Part shown: positions 48,471-59,948 of the stretch, piece by piece | Layout: each line of letters opens with the position of its first letter | Position numbering within the stretch: the first letter of the stretch is position 1 | Assembly: GCF_032191835.1 (NCBI RefSeq) | Contig: NC_083224.1 | Span: 183,334,001 to 183,398,000, forward strand | Reading direction: 5' to 3' | From: Heteronotia binoei | Taxonomy: Eukaryota | Length of the DNA stretch: 64,000 nt | Position numbers and translations under genes: made by a program | The notes under the pieces: generated by a model | Seen by the model: only the letters and a program-made list of their open reading frames with translations | Told to the model about the DNA's origin: nothing | Database searches by the model: none

Positions 48471-48666
48471 CAGGGCTTTTTTTGAACAGGAATTCACAGG
48501 AACACAGTTCTGGCTGGCTTGGTATAAGGGGTGTGGCCTAATATGCAAATGAGTTCCTGCTGAGCTTTTTCCTTCAAAAAAGCTGTGTGAAACAGTGGTG
48601 ACATCAGGGATGTGACCTAATATGCAGATGAGTTCCTGCTGGACCTTTTCTACCAAAAAAGCCTTG
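48471..48666. mobile_element. hAT-type MITE (TIR CAGGGCTTTT)
   Basis: TSD CAGAGATT/CTGAGATT. Confidence 0.8.
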
Positions 48667-49302
48667 CTGAGATTTACTGAGTTGGTTTGTTTTCTTAAGA
48701 AGTGATGTATGTTTCCTTGGGCGCTACTCAGAAACATGGAGATCAATGGTTGCTAATAGACTAATCTTTTTCATATATGCTATATCTTTTTTTAACTTTT
48801 ATTAAAAACAACAACACATCAACAATGAGAAAGTTAAAACTACTACAGAATTAAAATTACCCTTGCTACCTTACACAAATCTTAATTATTACATTAGCAA
48901 AATAAATGTGATATAGTGATAATTACTAAAAGAATATGGAGAATCTGCATTTAAAAGTTTTTCCGGAGCTGGGGACCACTTACTCAGGAATTTAACTCAG
49001 ACATAAGATGTTCATTTAACCTCTTAACATCCACTATTTTATTGAAAATTATATAATCCCACAGACACATATACCACTCTTTTACTTCAGGCAGCTGGGA
49101 GGACTTTACATAGGAGACAATTACTTTCTTGGCTACCTATGCTAAATAGGCTAATAACTATCATAAAGACCTATTTCTCCATTAATTTGTTGTTATTTCT
49201 TTTCCATCCTTTTTGTGCTCCTTCAAGCAATCTCTGCTCCATGACCCTTAGGGACACAAGACCAGTGGTGTGCAAATTCTGATGCAAAAGGTGTCCTAGT
49301 TA

Positions 49303-51528
49303 TCTCTCTCTCTCTCTCTCGGCTTGGCTTCGCGAACGAAGATTTAAGAAGGGTGCAATAGTCCACGTTTGCTGCAGGCTCGCTGGTGGCTGACAAGACC
49401 AATGTGGGAAAGGCAGGTCCGGCCACAGCGGCTGCAGGGAAAAGTCTGATTTAGGGTTGGTCCTGTAGCAGTGCGATTCTTCCTCAATCTCCTTTTGTCC
49501 TCAAGACCAGCTATGCGTGCGTTCTCAAAGGAAGAGACAGCCTGGTGGATGGTGTGCCTCCATGCTTTGCGATCTGAGGCTAGGTCAGACCACTGGTGAT
49601 GGTTGATGTGACAGGTGCTAAGGGATTTCTTCAAGGAGTCCTTGTACCTCTTCTTTGGTGCCCCTCTATTTCGATGGCCGGTGGAGAGTTCGCCATACAG
49701 GGCAATCTTGGGAAGGCGGTGGTTTTCCATCCTAGAAATATGCCCTGCCCAGCGCAGCTGCGTCTTCAACAGCAGTGCCTCGATGCTGGTAACCTCTGCC
49801 CGCTTGAGGACTTCAGTGTTGGTCACAAAGTCACCCCAGTGGATGTTGAGGATGGTGCGAAGGCAGCGCTGATGAAAGCGCTCAAGGAGTCGCAGGTGAT
49901 GACGGTATAAAACCCACGATTCGGAGCCATAGATGAGGGTTGTCATCACAACCGCTTTGTAAACATTGATCTTTGTGCCTTTTTTCAGATGCTTGTTGCT
50001 CCACACTCTTTTGTGCAGTCGGCCAAATGCACGGTTTGCCTTTGCCAGCCTGTTGTCAATCTCCTTGTCGATCTTGGCATCTGAGGAGATGATGCACCCC
50101 AGGTAGCTGAACTGCTGGACTGTCTTCAGAACTGATTCACCCACAGTGATGCAGGGAGGGTGATAATCTTCCTGGGGTGCAGGCTGGTGGAGAACTTCTG
50201 TCTTCTTCAGACTAACTTCTAGGCCGAATAGCTTGGCAGCCTCTGCAAAGCAGGACGTCATATGCTGCAGAGCTGATACCGAGTGGGAGACGAGTGCAGC
50301 ATCATCAGCAAACAGTAGCTCTCGGATGAGTTTTTCCATTGTCTTGGAGTGTGCCTTTAGTCGCCTCAGGTTGAACAGGCTGCCATCGGTGCGATAGCGG
50401 ATGTAGACACCATCGTCCTCATCTAGATCTACTGCGGCTCTTTGAAGCATCATGCTAAAGAAGATCGTAAAGAGAGTTGGCGCGAGAACGCAGCCTTGCT
50501 TTACACCTGTGCCTATTGGGAAGGGCTCCGAGAGGTCGTTGCAGTGTCTGACTTGGCCTCGCTGGTCTTCGTGTAGCTGGATGATCATGCTGAGGAACCT
50601 TGGGGGACATCCTAAACGTTCCAAGATTTGCCACAGGCCTTTCCTGCTAACGGTATCGAAAGCTTTGGTAAGGTCGACAAAAGTCACATACAGAGCCTTG
50701 TTCTGTTCCCTGCATTTCTCTTGGAGCTGCCTGAGAACAAATACCATGTCGGTGGTGCTCCTGTTAGCTCTGAAGCCGCACTGGCTCTCTGGGAGGAGTT
50801 CTTCTGCAATGGTGGGCACCAGTCTGTTCAGGAGTATTCTGGCAAGGATTTTGCCTGCGATGGAGAGCAGGGTTATCCCCCGGTAGTTGGAGCAGTCTGA
50901 CTTTTCCCCTTTGTTCTTGTATAGGGTGATGATGATTGCATCACGAAAGTCCTGTGGTAATTTGCCTTGTTCCCAGCAGGTGACAAGTACTTTGTGAAGT
51001 GAGCTATGTAGTACTGTGCCCCCATGCTTCCAGATCTCTGGTGGAATTCCATCAACTCCTGCTGCCTTGCCACTTTTCAGTTGCTTGATGGCTTTAACAG
51101 TCTCTTCTAGGGTGGGGATCTCATCCAACTCTGTTTTCACCGGTTGAAGTGGGGTGAGGTGGATTGCTGAATCTTGAACTACGCGGTTGGCACTGAAGAG
51201 AACCTGAAAATACTCCGACCACCGGTTCAATATGGATGCCTTGTCTGTGAGGAGCACTTGGCCGTCTGCACTATGCAAGGGACTCTGAGCCTGATATGAT
51301 GGACCATATACTGCCTTCAGGGCTTCGTAGAACCCTCTTAAATCACCAGTGTCTGCACACAGCTGGGTTCTCTCTGCAAGCTTGGTCCACCACTCGTTCT
51401 GAATGTCTCGAAGCTTGCGCTGGAGGTTGCTACATGCAGCGCGAAAGGTTGCTTTTTTCCCAGGACAGGAGGGCTGAGCAAGATGTGCTTGGTAGGCAGA
51501 TCTCTTTTTTGCCAGTAATTCTTGGATT
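49303..51528 (-). mobile_element. RTE-clade LINE, 5'-truncated, with intact RT reading frame
   Basis: ORF 49344-51539 has RT motifs YRGITLLS, QCGFR, FVDLTKAFD, GVKQGCVLAP, LLFADD and a C-terminal C2H2 finger CSRCGRTCLSHIGLVSHQRAC; short 3'UTR and (AG)9 tail; no APE domain. Confidence 0.95.
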
Positions 51529-52821
51529 AAAAAACACAACTCATGTTTTCATCCCGGGGGAGAGCTACCATTGGCCACCCCTGCCATAAGGTATAATAGA
51601 GAATTGATCCACGGTTATCTGGGGCTCTAGGAAAGCTGTTTCTTGAGGTAGAAGCACCAAATTTTCAGCATAGCATCCAATGCCTCTCCTCAAAGTACTT
51701 TCCAAGTTTCAAAAGGATTGGACCAGAGGTCCAATTCTATGAGCCCTCAAAAAGGTGCCCCTATCCTTCATTATTTCCAATGGAGGAAAGGCATTTAAAA
51801 GGTGTGCGGTCCCTTTGGAGTTCAATTATGCTTGTCACACCCTTGCTCCTGGCTTCACCCCCAATGTTTCCTGGCTCCACCCCCAAAGTCTCTAGGTATT
51901 TCTTGAACTGGACTTAGCAACCCTAATGGTTCTATGCAGGCTACAGGATTCTGCCCAAGACTTCATGAGAAATGTGGGTTTTGAGGATTTAAAGATAGTG
52001 AGAGTAACGAGTGACAGCAGATGGGGCCTGAGAGGAGAGGGGATTGTAGACATAAGTGACAGACAAGAAGAAAGGGCACTGGGGAGTGCCAATTAAGGAA
52101 GCAGAACATCTGTGGGACCTTGGGAGCTGCTTCCAAGTATAGGAGGCCACAAGTGGTGTTGCCAGCTCTGGGGTGGGAATACCTAGAGATCTGAAGGGTG
52201 AAGCCTGGGGACAGTGGGGTTTAGGGAGAGGAGGGACATCATCAGGGTATAATAACAGAGTCCACCCTACATAGCAGCCATTTTCTCCAGGGGGACTGAT
52301 CTTAATCATCTATAGATCAATTGTAATAGCAGGAGATCTCCAGGTTATACCTGGAGGCTGGCAACCTGAGCGAGAAGGGTCAGAGATGTTTGAAGAGGCA
52401 AAAAAACCTTTTGAAAGATGACAGGTGGTCAGCAGTGAAGACAGAGAAGCAAACAAAACTGACAGGAGTGTATCAGGATATAAAGTACATCCGTCCCCCC
52501 AGTAGCATGTGTATGGCTTCAGAGATGCCTTTCCAACAAGAAATATTAAGTATTTTTAAACAAAGCCTTATCCAACCTTCTGCTTTTGCATACATCATAC
52601 AGAGGTAAATACATGTTAAATGGAGATAAGAGCTCATTTCACAAGAGATACAAGAGTTTTCATAATGGTGTCGTGGCTGTCTCTCTCACACACGTGTATG
52701 TGCACAATCAGCCAGTCTATTTTCAAATCCAGTTCTGTCTCTTGCAGGCTGGCCACAAAGAGAAACAAGCACGAAGGACTGTTTTGTTTTTTTGTGGTTC
52801 TTTCTATTTTTAAGCAACTGA

Positions 52822-52912
52822 CAGTGCAATCCTAAACAGAGTTACACCTTTCTAAATCCGCTGAAATCAAATGCTGGTTTAGAAAGACATAATTCTGCTT
52901 AGGATTGCACTG
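52822..52912. mobile_element. Palindromic PIF/Harbinger-like MITE
   Basis: CAGTGCAATCCTAA...TTAGGATTGCACTG; 3-bp TSD TGA. Confidence 0.7.
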
Positions 52913-53311
52913 TGAGAGGTGTTTGGCTGCCATGGGGACGGGGTGCGATAAGAGTGCTCAGCAGATGGATGGAGAAGGGAGGAAAAGAAGGAACGGAACA
53001 GCACAGCGGGTGAGATGCTTCCAAATGGCAGCAGTGGGGTGGGGAGGGAGAATGGCATGGAAATCTGCCATTTCCCCCACAGTGCCTTGTGATTCAGGAG
53101 ACCAGTAGCTACAGCAGATATCCAATGCTTCTGGAGAACCCCTACGGAGTATCCTGGAAGCGGAAGCCAATAATATAAAGGTCAACTATCCTGTTGGTCA
53201 ACTAGAGGACATATCAACACACTGATTTTTACTCTCATATCTTTCCCAAATAATTCCTGGGAATTTTTGCACAACAAAGATGCTGAGAGTACCTGAACTG
53301 GTAAAATTCTT

Positions 53312-53546
53312 ATCTGTGAGAACCGGGTTTGATTCCCCACTCCTCCACTTGCAGCTGCTGGAATGGCCTTGGGTCAGCCATAGCTCTGGCAGAGTTGTCC
53401 TTGAAAAGGGCAGCTTCTGGGAGAGCTCTCTCAGCCCCACCTACCTCACAGGGTGTCTGTTGTGGGGGGAGAAGGTAATGGACACTGTAAGCCGCTCTGA
53501 CATTCAGAATGTAGGGCAGAGTATAAATCCAATATCATCATCATCA
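53312..53546 (+). mobile_element. Squam3/MIR-like tRNA SINE, 5'-truncated
   Basis: Matches the 4461 copy from the B box onward; (ATC)n tail. Confidence 0.85.
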
Positions 53547-53591
53547 AAATATTATGATGCATCTGTATAAGCTTCAATGACTCAGGTACTA

Positions 53592-53715
53592 CATGGTGAA
53601 TCTCCCAACACTGGATAGAAATAGAGGACTCATACAAACAGAGGACTCATGGCAAATCTCCCAACACTGGATACAAATAGAGGACAAACAGAGGATACAA
53701 ATAGAGGACAGGACT
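53592..53715 (+). repeat. Imperfect tandem duplication (~56-bp unit, AGAGGAC sub-repeats)
   Basis: AATCTCCCAACACTGGATA(G/C)AAATAGAGGAC occurs twice. Confidence 0.75.
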
Positions 53716-53719
53716 ACCT

Positions 53720-54900
53720 GTCAGGAATTCTTATAGGAATTATCTCATAAGAGAACCTCATTGATTAAAGCCTCTCCCTTTCTTAACAATATTATATGGA
53801 TTTGGGATAAACATCAATATCAATTGGCACCAGGAGTTTTACTCCTCTCATGGTCAAAACTGGTTTGTACCTGGACATGTGGACTGTGATGGCAGATTAT
53901 ATTCCCAAAATGGAAGCTAAAGGGTATAAAAAGAATTGCAGATCTAGCGGAAAAGGAAAAAATTGTTAAAGTAAAATTGGAAAATCAATTACAAGTGCTT
54001 ATAAAATGGTACAGATATTTTCACTTGTTGCATGCCTTTACCTCCCCTCCTATAAGAGAGACTATAGCTAGGCAACTAACTAAGTTTGAGAACATGTTGA
54101 AATTGGCAATAAATGGTGATTCACAAAGGTTTAGTTCCGAACCTTTACAAATTGCTTTTACCAACAAGAATTTCACAATCTTTGCCCTATCAGCCATTAC
54201 GGCAGCAAGACTGTGCTAACAGAATTATGGACACAGACTGGCCAACTATTTGGAACTCTTGTTCAATTAGGCCTCCATTTTTTTCCTACTAAATTTCAAA
54301 TAATAAAACTGATGAGATGACATGTTGGTACTATCTCCCCACCAAGGTGCATTGTATTTACCCTTCTATAAGTCTGCACTGTAATAAAAAATGCGGCCAA
54401 ATAGTGGATCATCTTCACTGCTGGTGGTCATGTCCTGTTTTACAAAGGTTCTGGTGTCAGATTAAGGATCACATATTCCAAATAACAATTTTTTCCCTGG
54501 CATTTACCCCAGAAATGTTTTTATTAGAATTTGGACTTGATAGTATAGCAAGTAATTCACGGGCTGAATTAATTTCAATATTGTCTACACAAGAACCACA
54601 GTAGCTGGAAACTGGAAAAATGAGTTACCCTCAATCTTGGTATACTCAAATAGGGTCGTATTTTGTATTGTCTGAAATAGCAGTGACCTTGGCAATCCCC
54701 TTTTCAGAAAGAACCATAATTTTGTTGGTGTCTGATATTCTATGCTACAATTTTTCTACGTTCTGAACCCAGGTATAGAGATATGCTTATTTTTTGAATA
54801 GTCAAAACTATGTTTATAGGTGTATGAAGAATGGCCAAGATTAAAAAATTGTGATCTTACAATTTTTGAATATATAATTTATTTATTTCATATATTTATT
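53720..54900 (+). mobile_element. Degenerate L1-clade LINE, ORF2 3' region
   Basis: ORF 54317-54604 WYYLPTKVHCIYPSISLHCNKKCGQIVDHLHCWWSCPVLQRFW resembles the L1 ORF2 cysteine-rich C-terminus; AT-rich tail. Confidence 0.65.
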
Positions 54901-55693
54901 TCATTTATACTCTGCCTTTATCCCTCATGGGCACCCTTGGCAGCTCACTTCATTCACAACCACCCTTGATTGGTTCAAGGTCATCCGGCAAGCTTCCATT
55001 GCACAGTGGGATTTTGAACTTAGGTCTCCTAGATACTATTCTGAGGTTGCTAGGTCCCTCCCTGCTGGCCACCATGAGGGGTGAAGAGGGTAGGGTTGCC
55101 AGATCCAGGTTGGGAAACTCCAGGAGATTTGGGGTTGAAGCCTATGGAGGATAGGGACCTCAAGGGGGGGGGGGGGGTAAAATGCCGGAATCCACTCTCC
55201 AAAGCATCCATTTTCTCCAGAATTGATCTCTGTAGTCTGGAGATAAACTGTAATTCCGGGGGATCCCCAAATCACATCTGGAGGCTGCCATCCCACCACT
55301 ATGCCACATTGAAAACATGTCTGAGTGAAACAGTTGCCCAAGTCCTCATGGGGTACTTGTGGACCACTGTTCATCATGGCACATACTGTACAACCCTACT
55401 GTCTGTGGAAGCAGCACTGGGCAAAGCAGCAACTGTACTTATTCACCAGCAGATACTTATATGCATCTCCTCAAAGGAGCTTCCATCTCGATTACTGTAA
55501 CTGTACCGTGGGTGTGTCAGAAATAATACAAAATAAAAGTTAGTGATTTCACAGTTTATTTAAAACTTTTGCTTGCTGTGCTTTGGCACATTTAGGGCCC
55601 TCAATGCGTCCTTCACCATCCACTATGCCTATTTAAAATAAATGAAATTCAACCGATGCCACATTTTTAATTGAACAATAGTGCCATGTAGAA

Positions 55694-56078
55694 CAGGGGT
55701 GTCAAACATGCAGCCGGGGGGGTGTAAATCAGGCCCCCAGAGGGCTGCTATCAGGTCCCTGAGCTGGCATCTACTTCCTTCTGCATAACAGCTTGCTTTG
55801 CAAGGCTTTTTGAATCACACAGGAGCTACAGAACAAAAACTCTATTTTCTCCATTGGCTGAGGCTCCTCCCTTGGGGCTCTCTCAATCTCACAGCAGAGC
55901 TACTGAGCCAAGCCTCTCTTCCTTCTATTGGCTGAGGCTCTCGTCCCTCCTGGGCCCCTGGGGAAGGAAGGAAAGAGCCAGAGCTTCTTTTGCCAAGTTC
56001 CCTGGATCCCATGGAAGAGATACAAAGAAAGCACCTTTAAGACTAATGAGTGTTAATGTTTTAAGCATGTTTTAAGGG

Positions 56079-56151
<73 letters not shown>

Positions 56152-56265
56152 TGTTTTTGTCTGTGTGCTTTATAAAGTTCATATCTCAGCTACCTAATTT
56201 TAGCTAGGTATACACATGGCACGGCCCAACAAAGTCTCATTTATGTCAGATCCAGCCCCCATAAC
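55694..56265 (+). mobile_element. CAGGGGTGTCAAAC-type MITE containing a (TA)n tract
   Basis: Left TIR and internal sequence match 14115 and 28733; right end degraded. Confidence 0.75.
56085..56148. repeat. (TA)32 microsatellite
   Basis: Pure TA run. Confidence 0.95.
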
Positions 56266-56574
56266 CTCTGTTAGAAGAATACAATATGGAATCCAGTTAT
56301 ATTCGAGTCCAGTAGAACCAACAAGCTTTCCAGAGACAAAGATCCTTTCCTCAGGTCAGATACTAGTCCATCCAACACTCTAGAGTGCTACATGAAAACT
56401 GAAAAGGCCCTCTGCACATCCTCAAGAGGCGAGAGCTCTCTTCTTTCTCTGACCACCACACGCCTTCTGAGAGGGAATAAAATAAAACCTTTCCCCAATA
56501 TCTCTTTTTGCCCAGTAGGAAAAGGCTGCCTTTACCTCAGCCCCCCCTCCCCCCCTCAGAATAAAGCCATCTTT

Positions 56575-57298
56575 CCTTCCCGCGCGCCACCAGCCTTTTC
56601 ACTTCAGCGCTCCGTCGCGCGCTCACAGGAGTTAGCCGCGAGCAAGGAGGACGAGAAACTCTTCAGGGGCGCGCGCTCCCCGCCCCCTCCCTCTCCTTTG
56701 CGCGCTTGCACCTGAACATCGGATGCTCAGCCAATCGAGAGCGACCTTTCGCTCGCTAGCTCGCGCGCTAGCGCGCGCACCCCCCTTCCTGAAGGAGCTC
56801 GGGAAAAAAAAATTCAACCCATCCCTGTCTCGGCCGCGCCTTCCTCTCCTCCTTCGGACCTATCGAGAACGGGCTTCCCGGGCGCGCGCCCAGGAGCTCA
56901 GCCCGCCAGCCAATCAGGGGGCATCCTGACCGGGGCTCGTGCGCGAGCGAGCGCCAGCCACGCCCCCTCCTTCACCCTCCCTCGTTCCCCTTTCCCTCGG
57001 GGGCCGCACTTGGACTAGGCCTCGCAGCCTCGGCCTGGCGTAGCGGGTCGAGCCGGGCGATGACTACGAGGCCGGCGACGTTGCTGTTGGTGAGGCGGAA
57101 CCCTCGCTAGGCGAGAGGAAGGAGAGGCAGCCGCTGTCCCTGCTGCCGCCATGCCGGCCAAAAGGAAACTGGTACCGCCGGCCCTCAACATCACCCCTAC
57201 CATCGCTGAAGGACCCAGCCCCACTGGTGGGGAGGGCGACGGCTCTGAGTGAGTGGCGTGGGCAGGCGGGAGCCGAATGGCAGGGGGCTGGGGGAGCC
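56575..57298 (+). promoter_or_regulatory. MAP2K2: MAP2K2 CpG-island promoter / 5'UTR
   Basis: Very CpG-dense; CCAAT boxes at 56731 and 56910; GCCGCCATG Kozak at 57151. Confidence 0.85.
57151..57248 (+). CDS. MAP2K2: MAP2K2 (MEK2) coding exon 1; remaining exons lie beyond the window
   Basis: MPAKRKLVPPALNITPTIAEGPSPTGGEGDGSE matches the MEK2 N-terminus (PTIAEGPSPT); phase-2 donor GTGAGT; synteny with CREB3L3 and SIRT6. Confidence 0.92.
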
Positions 57299-57779
57299 AT
57301 AAATAAAGTGGAACGTTTATTATAAACACTCATCGTGGATGCTGTTATTAATGTTGAAGTTATTAAGTTGTTGGCCACAGTCTCTTGATTATACATATTA
57401 TACATATTAATATGAATGTCTCTTGTCTGTTAATATTAAACATCATTTGGATTAATTGTATTCGTACTGTTACAGTTGATGTTGTTCTTAGATTACTCAC
57501 ATTATATATCTTTTCGTTCATATTGTTGTTATTGCTTTCGAGGATCCATAATTAGTAATGTTTATTTTGGCTGTGTTACTGATATTCATATTGATACTAT
57601 GGATAATATTGCTGCTCTCCTTAATATTGCCAATAGGGAGAGATGGGGCATGTGCTATTAGAAGAAGGGAAGAGAGCTTAAAGGAGGCTCTTGTTATCAT
57701 GGAAAGCAAAGCAGCTGATAATGAATAACGATTCCAGATGTGTTGCCTTGAAAGTCTGTTAAAGTCGAAATAAGTAAAA

Positions 57780-57900
57780 GTCTTATGACACCTTGAAGTC
57801 CTGCAACATTTTATTCCAGTGTTCGCCTTTGTGAGCTAGAGCTCGCTTCTTCATATGCAGTGAGCCTTGTGTCTGAGGAAGTGAGATATATGCCGCAACA
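57780..57900. mobile_element. Penelope-like terminal remnant (inverted pair)
   Basis: Minus ATGAAGAAGCGAGCTCTAGCTCACAAAG and plus CTGAGGAAGTGAG resemble reptile PLE ends. Confidence 0.5.
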
Positions 57901-59821
57901 TATATTTTGTTATGTTTCATTCTGTTCATTGGGGAGTTGAAGTTCTTTAAATTGTTCTTCTCTCCTCCACCTTAGTCCCACCTTAGCCCTGTGAGGTAGG
58001 TAATGTTGAGATAAAGTGACCAGCCCAAAATCACCTAGTAAGCTTCCATGACAGATTACCTGGCTCTCCCAGAGCATAGTGTGCTATTCTGCCTACTGCA
58101 CCATGCTGAAGTTCTGGGGGGAATAGAAACTGTAAGTCTTCAAGGGTGCTGTGGTGTTTTATTTGTCTCAGTGTTCTTTGTGTTATTGGGATTGTCACAT
58201 TAATATGGATATATCTGCTGCTGCTAATAAATGTTTGGATGTTTGAGGGTTTTGGAGGGAGGAAGACAGTGGAAATAATGAACCTGAAGCAAGAGGATGC
58301 TCTTGATAGTGAAGGCAGATGGGGAAGGAACTAGACATTTTAGAGAGGGGATATTGATGTATGGAATGGAGGGAGAGAGGTGTGTGGTGGGGATGAATTA
58401 TATTAGACTCTTAAAAGTAGAGGTGTGTGCATATAAGGAATTCGAAGAAAAAGTTTAAAGAGAGCATTTATCAGTATTCATGTTAGAATTCTATTTAAAA
58501 CATTGTTATGCCATTGTTCCACCCAACCAGGGTTCCCATCATTATGTTTTCATTATCATTATTAATACTGTTAGTCATTATTTAATATTTAGGATTGGAA
58601 GAAAGGTAAGGGATTGATGCTGGATTTGGGGAGGGATATGGGATTGCATCTAGACACTTGAAGAAGGAATGAGTATATGGAAGCAGGTGGAGGAAATGGG
58701 ACAACAGAATGGGGTACAGAAATAAGTTCTAATGGTTTCCAAATTATTTTTGTTGTGGATGGGTATTACAGGTGTTTCTTACTGTAATATCAGTACCGCT
58801 ATTTAAGGTGGGTGTTGATTACTTCTGGACTGAGATAGAGAGGGAAGGCCATGGGACAGAACCTATTAGTGCAGGAAGGGGATTAGTTAAAATAAACACC
58901 TGGAATAGGAGTGGAAACCTGAGTAGTTTACCAGCAAATGAATTTGGGTGGGAAATAATGGGGAGATTAAAGGCTTCTCTTGAGGGCAGGTTTTCTAAAG
59001 GAGGCTATATAAGGGATTGGGGGAGGAATACAGGAATCTGACAGGTTGGTGGAGGGTGTGCATGACAAAGTGTACTTTTGAGGAACAGCTAAGACTGGGA
59101 GACATCTGTTAATGGAATGAAATAGATGTCTATGGAGGGGGACGCATTAGACAGCCAAAACCCCCTGTGGACTAGGGAGGCTACCTGAGGAGACTTGTAA
59201 GAAAGGAGCAGGGGGAGTTATGTTACATGAGGGTTGGGCATGGGAAAAAGAAGGAAGCTAACAGCTTGGGGTGGCAAAAGCAAGTGTTATGTACAGAGGC
59301 ATTTTTAAAATTTGCTTAGTCTATAGTTACAGTTTCAGAATTAAAAAACATACAGTTCTCATACAGCATAAGACATCCAATCAATGATGCAGTAAGTTTA
59401 GGATTATAGAGTGGGAACAATAGTGTGTGAATATAAACCCACAAGGAGTCAGTGAGGTGTATAGGGAAGAGCTGAATTAGGACTGGGAAACAAGACTACC
59501 TGGTGTTGGCTGTGGCTTGGAACTTTCAATCCATTTCTTCTTTTCCATTCCTCCTTTTCTGTATTTTTTGCTGAGGGGATTAATAATTCTAATGCATGTG
59601 TTGGCTTTCCACCCTGTGAGACTTCCCATGAAAGTTTGTGATTTTATAAGATAAAAATACTGTATTAAAAATAACGGCACACAGCAGCAGTCACAAAAAT
59701 AGCACCTGGGATATTAATGGTGTTAAAAGCAATGGGATAAAAATTCTCAGCCACCACTTTTTGCTCTGCAAAATGAAATGGTACATGATGATGGCAAATG
59801 CTCTCAAGTTGCAGAAAATGA

Positions 59822-59948
59822 CAGGTAGTTTGCCATTGCCTGTCTCTGCATAGCATCCCTGGACTTCTTTGGTGGTCTCCCATCCAAATATTGATCAGGG
59901 CTGACCGTGCATAGCTTCCAAGACCAAGCTAGCCTGGTTCATCCAGTC
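59822..59948 (-). mobile_element. 5S-Sauria-like SINE
   Basis: TTTGCCATTGCCTGTCTCTGCATAGC...GGTGGTCTCCCATCCAAATA. Confidence 0.7.

Noticed and set aside
49596-50900. Plus-strand ORFs overlapping the RTE
   Set aside because: Antisense shadow frames of a coding sequence
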